Below, piece by piece: positions 1-9,130 of a stretch of 32,000 nucleotides of DNA. Both the position numbers and the translations under genes were made by a program. Under the pieces are notes generated by a model that was given only the letters and a program-made list of their open reading frames with translations, had not been told where the DNA came from and ran no database searches. Origin of the DNA: Candidatus Helarchaeota ASGARD archaeon Hel_GB_B. GTDB lineage: Archaea; Asgardarchaeota; Lokiarchaeia; Helarchaeales; HEL-GB-B. The first letter of the stretch is position 1; every line of letters begins with the position of its first letter. The DNA is taken from positions 5,690-37,689 of the forward strand of contig SUPR01000028.1 of assembly GCA_005191425.1 (NCBI GenBank), written 5' to 3'.

Positions 1-224
1 TCTCCTTCACCAGCAGTAAGTTTATGATCTTCTATTTTTATCCAAGCTTTAATTGTATCAATTACATCGAATTGAATTTTAACATCATCGGTGTCTTCAA
101 GCTCATCTTGTAGATCTTCACTTGTTTCTGCTAGCTCTTGTAGTGCGCCCAAGAAGACTGGGAGATTCTTAGCTTCAAAAGCGCCATCTTCAATTAATTT
201 TTTTACTTCATCAATTTTACTCAT
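1..224 (-). CDS. SCP2 sterol/lipid-binding domain protein (5' part only, runs off window edge)
   Basis: Not in ORF track. ATG at 224 on minus strand gives MSKIDEVKKLIEDGAFEAKNLPVFLGALQELAETSEDLQDELEDTDDVKIQFDVIDTIKAWIKIEDHKLTAGEG..., which aligns by eye with the 750..1163 protein (GxFEAK shared). Confidence 0.75.
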   Translation of the reverse strand, partial: MSKIDEVKKLIEDGAFEAKNLPVFLGALQELAETSEDLQDELEDTDDVKIQFDVIDTIKAWIKIEDHKLTAGEG

Positions 225-749
225 AAATCTAACCTCTATTTGGTCATTTAGTAGATCAAATTATTCTATTACTACAAGGAAGTTTATTTTTGTATATTAA
301 GTATATTTACAAATATAGAATATATTAATAATTAAAAACTTCCGAATTTTATGTATATCATAAAAATTATGTTTAGTTATAAAGATTTTTCTTAACATAA
401 AAAAGTTTAAAAAATAATTATTAAAGGAAAAAAGTTTTAATTAAAACCTGTAGAAGAGACGGGTTAATTAAAGTCCACAAAAAATATAAAATGGCATGGT
501 AAATAATAATATAAATAAAATGAAGTGGAAAATTTAAAAAAAAACCATCAGCAGGATTGTAGTAGAATAAAATTTTGGATAAAGAAAAAAATTATTAAGA
601 AAGAAAGAAAAAGAGCGAAAAAAATAAAAAGAAAAAATAATAAGAGTTAAATACAGAAATACAGAAATATTGAAATTAAATAAGAAAATTAATCAGAAAA
701 TTAATTTAGAATTAGTAAAATATTGGTAAAAAAAAGGAAGTATTAAATA

Positions 750-1163
750 ATGGCTGTTGAAACAATAAAAACGAAGGTAGAAAGAGGAGAATTTGAAGCA
801 AAGGATTTTGGGATATATTTAATGGCAATAAAGGAGTTGGCAATAAAAGATAACGAAGTTAGAGAAATATTAAGAGAAATGCCTGATTTTGTGATACAAT
901 TTTCGATTTTTGGGGCGATAGATGTATATTTACAATTAAAAAATGGAAATTTAGAAGTGGTAGAGGGAGTAATAGAAAACCCAGCAATAAAATTTGAGAT
1001 GACAGATGTAGTAGCGACAGGGATAATAAAAAATGAAATAGATCCAATATCGGCATATTTATCTGGAGATATAAAAATAAATGGGGAAACTGTATTAGCG
1101 ATGAAATTAAAGCCAATAATTGAGAAATATAATAAGATATTGGGGTTTAAAGTTATAACTTAA
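750..1163 (+). CDS. SCP2 sterol/lipid-binding domain protein
   Basis: 137 aa; C-terminal DPISAYLSGDIKINGETVLAMKL matches the SCP2 consensus (dp..Af..GklkieGd...amkl). Confidence 0.85.
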   Translation: MAVETIKTKVERGEFEAKDFGIYLMAIKELAIKDNEVREILREMPDFVIQFSIFGAIDVYLQLKNGNLEVVEGVIENPAIKFEMTDVVATGIIKNEIDPISAYLSGDIKINGETVLAMKLKPIIEKYNKILGFKVIT

Positions 1164-1797
1164 AAAAGGCTTATAACCGAATCATGTAGAATTAGAATGG
1201 TGTAGTTTATAATCGTAGATAAAATTATAGAATGTTTTCTGAAATATCTTTATTCTGTTAATTTTTTCGCTAAAATCGCAATCAGAACTTTGATCAGTGG
1301 ACATAATAATATTTAGCGTAAGAAGATATAAAAAGACCACAATAACAGAAGAAATGCGAGAATTAAAACGCCAAATTTTTAAAGGATGAGGACGAGAAAA
1401 AATGATGATACATAAGATGTAAGGTTAAAAGTAATAAAATACAGTGGGATAAGTCTTAAAATAGTCAAAAATAAAAATAATAAAAAGTAGATAAAAAATA
1501 AAATTACCCGACTGAAATCAAGAGAATTATAAAATAATTTTAATAAGAAAAATAAAGAAAAAAAAAATTAAAATATTAAAAATGGGTTTGTAAATATCCT
1601 TAAGTCTGACGTTATTAAAATTACCAAATAAAATATTCAAAAAAAAAGTTAATAGAGTTAAAAAAAAATAATAATAATTGCAAAAAGCTATTCATTTTAA
1701 AAGAGGAATAATGAAGGTTTAATTTAAAGGTCAATGGAATTAAATTTTTAAAGACATATTTTCCATTTTTTATAATAAAATATGTCGGAGTAAAATA

Positions 1798-2991
1798 ATG
1801 GAAGAAAAACCCGAAAGATTAAAGATTATGGAATATGAAGTTGAAAAAAAAGATTTTAAAGCAATATTTTCAAGTAATATAATTGAACCGATAATTAAAT
1901 TTATTGAGAAGACAAAAATATATAAAATATTTTCACGAGTACCAAAAATAGTATATTATTTTATTGGACGAGGTTTTAGTTGGGAATTTTTTGGTGAATA
2001 TAAAAAAGAAATGGTCAAAACAACAAGGAAAATTATGGGAAAATTAGTAAATAGAAAATATAGAGAAAAAACAGTTGAAGAGAGAGATTGGGTTATAAAT
2101 GAAATAGTTTACCATAATACAGTCTATATGACGGAACTATTTTTAGAAATAATTATATTATTACCATATTTTTGCCACGTGAGAGATATAGACAGATTTT
2201 TTAAAATTAAAGGACTTGATTATTTAGATAATGCATTGAAGAAAGAAAGAGGAGTAATATTAATCTCTGGGCATATTGGAAATTATTTATTTATGTGTTG
2301 TTATTTAGCATTAAAAGGTTATAAAATAAACTTTATTTTAGAATACAGGTCATTCAGAGGTATTTTGAAATTATTAAAGAATTGTGGAATAAAGTTAATC
2401 CCAGTTCCAAGAATAGAAAACAATAAAATTAGAAACAAAATAAAAAAAATTATAGATAAAGCTTTAGATAATAATGAAATAGTAGTTATTATGCAAGATG
2501 CGGGCTTAAGACATTATATGTTAATAGATTTTTTTGGTGAACCATGTCATACAGCAACAGGTGCTATATCTTTAGCATTAAAACATGGATCGCCGATTAT
2601 ACCAATTTTCATTAGAAGTCAAGCTAAAAAACATGAGTATGAGATATCAATTTATCCTGAATTTAAGATTGAAAGAGAAAACATTAAGAACGATAAAGAA
2701 ATAATTTATTACAATACATATAGATTAAATAAAATACTTGAAGAGAAAATTAGGAGAAATATTATATATTGGAATAATTTAGCAATATATCATATAAGGA
2801 AATCGTTTAAAAAGAAGAACTTATTTGAGCAAAATTCAATTTTAGATAATTTAATCAACGAAATCCAATTTTTTAAAGATTATTTAAAATTTAGTTACGA
2901 AGTTAATAGAGATGACGAAAAAATAGAAAAAATTTTAGATGAAGCGAATTTTGAATTTAGAAAAATGAAGGACGAACAATCTAAATCATAA
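1798..2991 (+). CDS. LpxL/HtrB/PatA-family lysophospholipid acyltransferase, paralog A
   Basis: GLDYLDNALKKERGVILISGHIGNY, DFFG, ALKHGSPIIPIF and C-terminal W match the bacterial lipid A / PIM acyltransferase family. Confidence 0.8.
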   Translation: MEEKPERLKIMEYEVEKKDFKAIFSSNIIEPIIKFIEKTKIYKIFSRVPKIVYYFIGRGFSWEFFGEYKKEMVKTTRKIMGKLVNRKYREKTVEERDWVINEIVYHNTVYMTELFLEIIILLPYFCHVRDIDRFFKIKGLDYLDNALKKERGVILISGHIGNYLFMCCYLALKGYKINFILEYRSFRGILKLLKNCGIKLIPVPRIENNKIRNKIKKIIDKALDNNEIVVIMQDAGLRHYMLIDFFGEPCHTATGAISLALKHGSPIIPIFIRSQAKKHEYEISIYPEFKIERENIKNDKEIIYYNTYRLNKILEEKIRRNIIYWNNLAIYHIRKSFKKKNLFEQNSILDNLINEIQFFKDYLKFSYEVNRDDEKIEKILDEANFEFRKMKDEQSKS

Positions 2992-3114
2992 AATTTTATC
3001 TTAGTAATTTGAAAAACATTAAATTGGTCAAATAAATCCATAAAAATTAAGTTGTATAAAAAATCGATTTCAAAATAAATTTATTTTAAAAGTTTTAAGT
3101 CAATATTTCATTAT

Positions 3115-3513
3115 ATGAAAAACAAATTAATTAAAGAACAATACAAATTTTTTAAAAGAATTCCACAGGTTAGACCAATAAAAGAGGGAGAAATATTAAT
3201 AAAAATAGGGAATTTACAGTTATTACTTCAATATATTAATGATGAAATAAACATAAATAATGTTAAGGATATAAACAAAGAAGATTTCTGTGTCTTAAAG
3301 ATCTCAAGGAGTTCATTTAATTATATATTTAAAGCAAAAGATATAAATGATTATTATTCAAGGTTATTAAATATTGTTTTGTATAAAAAGGATATGAAAC
3401 TAGAAGTAAATGAAAATATTAAGCCAATGCGCAATGCTTTTTTTAAAATTTTAAGTATAAATCGAGGTAAAGGTGGAAAAAACAGATATGAATTGATGGT
3501 TGGATATTTATAA
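3115..3513 (+). CDS. hypothetical protein (possibly remote SCP2-like fold)
   Basis: 132 aa ORF co-oriented with neighbours; only a weak beta/alpha pattern resemblance to SCP2. Confidence 0.5.
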   Translation: MKNKLIKEQYKFFKRIPQVRPIKEGEILIKIGNLQLLLQYINDEININNVKDINKEDFCVLKISRSSFNYIFKAKDINDYYSRLLNIVLYKKDMKLEVNENIKPMRNAFFKILSINRGKGGKNRYELMVGYL

Positions 3514-3687
3514 CGAATTTTTGTAGATATTTGATAAAAATATGGCATTTAAAAAAGTAATAAATATAATAAAGAAATAACGAAATTTAATAAATAGAAA
3601 TTTTTTTTATTCAAATGAAATTAATTGAGTTAAATAAATGAATCATAAAAGTTTTCAATAAAAAATTAGTAATAATGATGAATAAAA

Positions 3688-4590
3688 ATGTTGCATTCAG
3701 TAATAATAATAAAAAAGGATTCCGGAATATGTCTTTTCAGTGAAAAAGAGTTAGATTTTGATTCTACATTATTTTCAGGATTTTTAACGGCGGTACAAAA
3801 TTTTGCTGAAAATTTGAAAATTGGGAGGCTAACAAGCTTTGTTACTAATGATAAGGTAGTAGTAATTTCATCGTCTGAGCAAGTGATTGCATCATTAATA
3901 GTAGATTTAGAAGATAATATCGATGATTGGTTCAGTAAAGCATATATAATTTGTGAAGAATTTGAAAAAAAATATAATTTAGAGGAATGGTCAGGGGAGA
4001 TTGGAAATTTTGAGGAGTTTTCAGAAATATTAAAAGAAATATTCAAATCGGAAAAGAAAAACTTTTTAGTAGAAGTAGCTAAATGGGCCAAAAAAGAATT
4101 TGGTGGAGAATTACAAATTAATGCCTTATTGAGTCCGGAAAAAGGGGCATCAAAATTGAAGGTGGATATATTATTAGATCGAGGAGAACTAGATATTTCA
4201 ACAATATATGACAAGCTTTCGGTTTTTCGATTTCAAGGATTAAAGAAAGACATAATATTTATTAAAGTAATTGATGGAATTGTAGGACGAGGAGAAATAA
4301 AAGACTTCATTGAATCTGTAGAACAATTTGGACAGATGGAAATTGACGAGAAAGACGAAGAAATATTTCCATATTTCCCAAAAATGATCGTAATAGTAGG
4401 TAGAGAATTCTCGGATACAGTATTCGATCTAACAGATAAATTATATAGAGTAAAAAATAAAAAGCATTTTATTCAGTCTAAAAATTTAAATTTGAAATTA
4501 TTAGGCCCAATTGGAAAGTTAGAAATTTTCAATGCATGGGTAGAATATTGGAAATGGAAAGAACCATACCCAGAGAGAATATTTAAATAG
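3688..4590 (+). CDS. longin-domain protein with C-terminal Mrr/restriction-endonuclease-like domain
   Basis: N-terminal ~120 aa (SGICLF...DSTLFSGFLTAVQNFAENL...FEKKY..EWSG...F) is typical of Asgard longins; the C-terminal half has VDILL...IIFIK...GRGEIKDF...IVIVGREFS. Confidence 0.7.
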   Translation: MLHSVIIIKKDSGICLFSEKELDFDSTLFSGFLTAVQNFAENLKIGRLTSFVTNDKVVVISSSEQVIASLIVDLEDNIDDWFSKAYIICEEFEKKYNLEEWSGEIGNFEEFSEILKEIFKSEKKNFLVEVAKWAKKEFGGELQINALLSPEKGASKLKVDILLDRGELDISTIYDKLSVFRFQGLKKDIIFIKVIDGIVGRGEIKDFIESVEQFGQMEIDEKDEEIFPYFPKMIVIVGREFSDTVFDLTDKLYRVKNKKHFIQSKNLNLKLLGPIGKLEIFNAWVEYWKWKEPYPERIFK

Positions 4591-4660
4591 TCATAAAAAG
4601 AATACCGAATTTTCAGTTTTCCATATTAATATTTCAATAATAAATTTTTGTGAGAAAAAT

Positions 4661-5830
4661 TTGTCATTCAAATTAAAAGATTTAATGCCTACAAGAAAAA
4701 TAATAGAGAGCGAAGAAGAAATTTTTTATATATTCAATGTAAAAATGGTAAAAAACATTATAGAAATTTTCAAATTTTTTAGATTATATTCGTTTTTCCC
4801 AAAAATACCCAAATCATTTTTAAAATTTTTAGCTCAAGGAGTAAGTCACGTAGTAATAAAAGATGAAACATACAACCAACCAATTATTAAATTCATTAAA
4901 AAGATTTTAGGGAAAAAGATTAATGAAAAATATCCTGGGAGAGAAAAATACATAATAAACAGGATTTTATTTCACAATTTTATAAAAATGTTTGAATTCT
5001 TTTTTGAAATAATATTATTGATGCCTCATTTTAATATGTATAGACAAATTGATGAATATGTTAAAATAAAAGGACGTAATTATTTAGATAATGCGCTAAA
5101 AAAGGGTAATGGAGTAATAATAGTTTCGGATCATATCGACAATTATCTTCTGTTTCTCATGTTCTTGGCTTTATCGGGTTATAAGGTAAATATAATAATG
5201 CAAATTCAGAGTTATACAAGTATTTTAAAAATTTTAAAAGAATCAGGATTAAAAATAATACCTAGCCCACCTTCAGGAAATGAGAAATTAAGGATAAAAA
5301 TAAGAAATTTAATAGAAAAAGTATTATATAACAATGAAATTTTAATTATTTTACAAGATTTTGGGAGCCAACACTATAAAATAATGGATTTTTTTGATGA
5401 ACTATGTTATACACCAATTGGAGTAGTTTCGCTAGCCTTAAAGTATAATTCACCAATTCTTATGGCTTTTTTCAAGAGTAACAAAAAAAAGTATAGATAT
5501 AAGATAACAATTACCCCTGAATTTAAAATTGAACGCAATTCAGACAAAAAAGCAGATATAATTTTACATAATACGTATAATATAAATAAAATTATAGAAA
5601 AACACATAAAAAGAAATATAATCGATTGGATGATAATCCCAATTTATTATAATAATAGGATATACAAGATTGGTGATATTAAAGATGAAGGTTCTCTTGT
5701 TAAAAAAATATTGAATAAAATTCAATTTTATGAAAATTTAATAAATAAAAGTTATGAACCAGGACGAGATAGTAAGAAGATTATTTTAGTTTTAAACAAA
5801 ATGAAGGAAGAGTTAAAAAGACTGGAATAA
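4661..5830 (+). CDS. LpxL/HtrB/PatA-family acyltransferase, paralog B
   Basis: TTG start (alternative ATG 4685); colinear with paralog A: YLDNALKKGNGVIIVSDHIDNY, DFF, SLALKYNSPIL. Confidence 0.8.
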   Translation: MSFKLKDLMPTRKIIESEEEIFYIFNVKMVKNIIEIFKFFRLYSFFPKIPKSFLKFLAQGVSHVVIKDETYNQPIIKFIKKILGKKINEKYPGREKYIINRILFHNFIKMFEFFFEIILLMPHFNMYRQIDEYVKIKGRNYLDNALKKGNGVIIVSDHIDNYLLFLMFLALSGYKVNIIMQIQSYTSILKILKESGLKIIPSPPSGNEKLRIKIRNLIEKVLYNNEILIILQDFGSQHYKIMDFFDELCYTPIGVVSLALKYNSPILMAFFKSNKKKYRYKITITPEFKIERNSDKKADIILHNTYNINKIIEKHIKRNIIDWMIIPIYYNNRIYKIGDIKDEGSLVKKILNKIQFYENLINKSYEPGRDSKKIILVLNKMKEELKRLE

Positions 5831-5929
5831 AAATACCGAATATTAATAAAATAATTACTAATAAAATTATAAAAAGGTGAATATTTAGATTATTATTCAA
5901 TGTTTTATAGATAATTTTAAATTAATGGA

Positions 5930-6676
5930 TTAAAAATTAAGAAATCGGTTTATTTTAAGAATGGAGAAAATACTTACAATTGGTTTAAAATTTCCACCAA
6001 GCATATTAATTTTAATTGCGATAATATATAGTTTTTTTAATAAATATATAATACGGTTTTTAATTTTATCAAGGAAAGAGATTTGGTCGGATTTTTTAGC
6101 AAATGTTATTGAGCCAATGAAACCGATATTTTTGAATTTGTTTCCCATAAAGAGATATTGATAAATGACCTTTTTAGGACCCTTATAAAAACCTAAAGTG
6201 TCATGAAAAGCAATAATTCCAGAGTTAACTAAAAATGGTTCCCATAATTTATAGTCAAGAAGAACATATTTAAATTCATGAGCCCCATCTATCCATAGAA
6301 ATTCGATTTTTTTACCATCCCATTCTTTTGCTGCTTTTTGAGATGTTTTAACAATGGGGACAACAATATTATCAAGTTTATACTTAGAAATATTTTTTTT
6401 AAAAATTTCAAAAGTCCAAACTTTTCCGTACCAATCTTTATGTTCAGAAGAGCCAGTGTGCGGGTCGATAGCATAAACTTTAATATTTTTTCCTGCTACT
6501 GAGCCTTTACCAAGCCATATTGTTGACTTTCCATGCCAAGAGCCAATCTCAAGGATAACCCCTTTACCAGTGCAACTTTTAGCCGTGTTATATAGAAAAA
6601 TTGCCTCTTTATCTAAAAGCCAGCCCTTAATACTGGATGTAGACTTTAGCAAATCATTAATTTCGGTTTCAGACAT
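5930..6676 (-). CDS. class I SAM-dependent methyltransferase (Methyltransf_24-like)
   Basis: LEIGSWHGKST motif I, LWIDGAH and IAFHD motifs. Confidence 0.85.
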   Translation of the reverse strand: MSETEINDLLKSTSSIKGWLLDKEAIFLYNTAKSCTGKGVILEIGSWHGKSTIWLGKGSVAGKNIKVYAIDPHTGSSEHKDWYGKVWTFEIFKKNISKYKLDNIVVPIVKTSQKAAKEWDGKKIEFLWIDGAHEFKYVLLDYKLWEPFLVNSGIIAFHDTLGFYKGPKKVIYQYLFMGNKFKNIGFIGSITFAKKSDQISFLDKIKNRIIYLLKKLYIIAIKINMLGGNFKPIVSIFSILKINRFLNF

Positions 6677-6923
6677 TTATATGAAGTCCTTTTATAATGT
6701 ATTTATTAATAACAAATAATTTAATATGACAAATATTTTAGAGATAAGCCCATTAAATAAGAATTTAAATTTTGTTAATTATATTTATTTAAATTTTTTA
6801 AGATTAAGAACTATGTTAAATATTTAAAAATGTTAGATATAAGTCTCTATTTATTTATAATTTGAAATTATTAATAAAATTATGAATAAAAAAAGAAATG
6901 AGACCAATGAAGGTTAGAAATAG

Positions 6924-8081
6924 ATGAGACGTGTCGGGATTATAGCTGCTGGTGAGTCGAAATTTGGAGCACGAGTAGGAATGGAATATGAAGAGTTGTT
7001 TGTTGAAGCATTTTTAGAAGCGATGGGACAAGTAGATAATTTAGAATCTAAAGATATTCAAGAAGCTTTTGTTGGTTCTTTAGCTTTTGGTGGTTCTCAA
7101 CTTGGAAATATGTCAGCACTTGTTGTTGACTCAGTAAATTTAATAGGAATACCTGCATCAAGAGTTGAAAATGCTTGCGGTTCAAGTGGATATGCTTTAC
7201 GATATGCTATAATGTCAATTGCTTCTGGAATAAATGATATAGTGATTGCAGGTGGAGTTGAAAAAATGCAAGATATTAGCAAAGCAACAAGGTTATATTG
7301 GTTTGGAGTTGCGGGCGACATAAAATGGGAGCGTTTATCTGGTATGACATTTCCTGGAAATTATGCTTTAATGGCGACAAGGCATATGAAAGAATTTGGT
7401 ACAAAAAAGGAAGCACTCTCAAGTGTTGCTGTTAAGAATCATGATTTTGCTTCAAGAAATCCAAAAGCTCAATTTCAAAGAAAAATTACATTAGAACAAG
7501 CAATGAATGCACCAATAGTAGCGTACCCATTAAATATTTATGATTGTTGCCCAATTACGGACGGTGCTTCTTGTGTCATTTTATGTGATTTAGAAATTGC
7601 AAAAAAATATACAGATACACCTATTGAAATTGTTGGATTTGGTGCCGGGACAGACCATTTGGCATTATATCAAAGAGAATCAATCACAAGAATAGATGCT
7701 GCAGTGAAAGCAAGCAAAATGGCATTTAAAATGGCAAATTTGCAACCTAAAGATATAGAGGTGGCTGAAGTGCATGACTGTTTTACTATTGCAGAAATTT
7801 TAGCTTATGAAGATATTGGGTTCTGTAAAAAAGGTGATGGAGGAAAAATGATTTTAGACGGAGAAACTACTATTCATGGGAGAATTCCAGTAAATACAGG
7901 AGGAGGGTTGAAAGCGAAAGGACACCCAATCGGAGCAACAGGAACAGCTCAAATATATGAAATATTCAAACAATTAAGAGGCGAGCATGAGAATCAAGTG
8001 CATGATGCAACAATTGGATTAACGCATAATGTAGGAGGCACGGGCTCTGCCTGTACGGTTACAATATTGAGGAGAGTATAA
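6924..8081 (+). CDS. archaeal-type thiolase (acetyl-CoA C-acyltransferase)
   Basis: VENACGSSG (catalytic Cys), EVHDCFT, KGHPIGATG, HNVGG. Confidence 0.93.
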   Translation: MRRVGIIAAGESKFGARVGMEYEELFVEAFLEAMGQVDNLESKDIQEAFVGSLAFGGSQLGNMSALVVDSVNLIGIPASRVENACGSSGYALRYAIMSIASGINDIVIAGGVEKMQDISKATRLYWFGVAGDIKWERLSGMTFPGNYALMATRHMKEFGTKKEALSSVAVKNHDFASRNPKAQFQRKITLEQAMNAPIVAYPLNIYDCCPITDGASCVILCDLEIAKKYTDTPIEIVGFGAGTDHLALYQRESITRIDAAVKASKMAFKMANLQPKDIEVAEVHDCFTIAEILAYEDIGFCKKGDGGKMILDGETTIHGRIPVNTGGGLKAKGHPIGATGTAQIYEIFKQLRGEHENQVHDATIGLTHNVGGTGSACTVTILRRV

Positions 8082-8084
8082 AAA

Positions 8085-9113
8085 ATGAGTAATAATGTAG
8101 GGATTATAGGTTATGGTACATACATACCAAGATATAGGATTAAAAAGGAAGAATATATAAAAACATGGGGGCATTTTTCAGGAAAAATTGAAGAAAAATC
8201 AGTAATAGGATATGACGAAGATGTTATTACAATGGCAGTGGAAGCCGGATATAATGCTATCCACAATTCAAGGATAAATAAAAATGACTTAAAATTAATT
8301 GCTATTGGAAGTGTATCATCTCCATATAATGTCAAATCAATGGCATCTGAAGTTGCAATGGCACTAGGACTACCAATGGACATATTATTATTAGATTTTA
8401 CAGAATCAGAGAAAGCAGGGACAACAGCATTATCTACGGGAATTGATATAATAGAAAATAAGGGTGGATATGGTCTTATCATAGGGTCAGATGCGCCGCT
8501 AGCAACCCCTGGAGATAGCTTGGAACATGTACAAGCTGCAGCTGCAGCTGCAATAGTTATTGGGAACAATAATAAATCCATTGCCGAAATAGTTGGTAAA
8601 AAAACGGCAAATATTGAATACATTTCGGATAGATTTAAAAGAAATGGAACAAAAATGATGAAAGACTTAGAAATTGCACCATACTCAAATTATGCTTATA
8701 ATAACACTATCAAAAAAACAGTTAACGATTTAACAGATGAGTTAAAGATCAAACTTAATGAATTTGATCATGTTTATATTCAAGGCCATGATTCAAGGCA
8801 ACCCACACGTATTTTTAAACAATTAAATAAAAATAAAATTTATTTGGATACTCTTAGAATTATTGGAGATACAGGTGCAGCATCTGCATTATTGGGTTTA
8901 AATGCAATATTATATTACAAAGCAAAAGAAAACGACAGAATTCTAATAGTTTCATATGGTTCGGGAGCTGGAAGTGATGCACTTGGAATAAAAGTAAATA
9001 GAAAACAAGATAAAATTAATGAAATTCCTACAATTGACCAGTATATAAATAGAAAAGAGTATATTAATTATGAAAAATATTTAAAATTTAAAGAATTAAT
9101 AGATTTGGATTAA
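8085..9113 (+). CDS. HMG-CoA synthase-like protein, catalytic residues absent (PhlA-like)
   Basis: Fold motifs present (GYGTYIPRYRI, DEDVITMAVEA, KAGT, YGSGAGSD), but V77, E109 and Q233 sit where archaeal HMGS has Glu, Cys and His. Confidence 0.85.
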   Translation: MSNNVGIIGYGTYIPRYRIKKEEYIKTWGHFSGKIEEKSVIGYDEDVITMAVEAGYNAIHNSRINKNDLKLIAIGSVSSPYNVKSMASEVAMALGLPMDILLLDFTESEKAGTTALSTGIDIIENKGGYGLIIGSDAPLATPGDSLEHVQAAAAAAIVIGNNNKSIAEIVGKKTANIEYISDRFKRNGTKMMKDLEIAPYSNYAYNNTIKKTVNDLTDELKIKLNEFDHVYIQGHDSRQPTRIFKQLNKNKIYLDTLRIIGDTGAASALLGLNAILYYKAKENDRILIVSYGSGAGSDALGIKVNRKQDKINEIPTIDQYINRKEYINYEKYLKFKELIDLD

Positions 9114-9130
9114 TAAAAGGTGAATTAAAA

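Noticed and set aside
91-300. 69-aa plus-strand ORF MSSSSSCRSS...
   Set aside because: Antisense shadow of the real minus-strand SCP2 gene (ATG 224).
750-1163. Strong G-over-C skew (about 30 C in 414 nt by hand count), considered as possible hypermutation
   Set aside because: Similar coding-strand skew is seen in other plus-strand genes here; ordinary for an AT-rich archaeon.
3666-4214. 182-aa minus-strand ORF overlapping the longin gene
   Set aside because: Ser/Phe/Ile-rich antisense shadow of a gene with a recognisable domain.
4598-5841. AATACCGAAT repeated just after two genes (about 4601 and 5832), with CCGAAT also near 342, 1177 and 19210
   Set aside because: Too short and too few copies to separate from chance; no consistent spacing or array structure, not CRISPR.
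8111-8623. 170-aa ORF overlapping the HMGS-like gene
   Set aside because: Antisense shadow; the poly-Ala arises from GCA/GCT codon symmetry.
8085-9113. Annotating this gene as a functional HMG-CoA synthase (mvaS)
   Set aside because: Catalytic Cys, Glu and His are all substituted.
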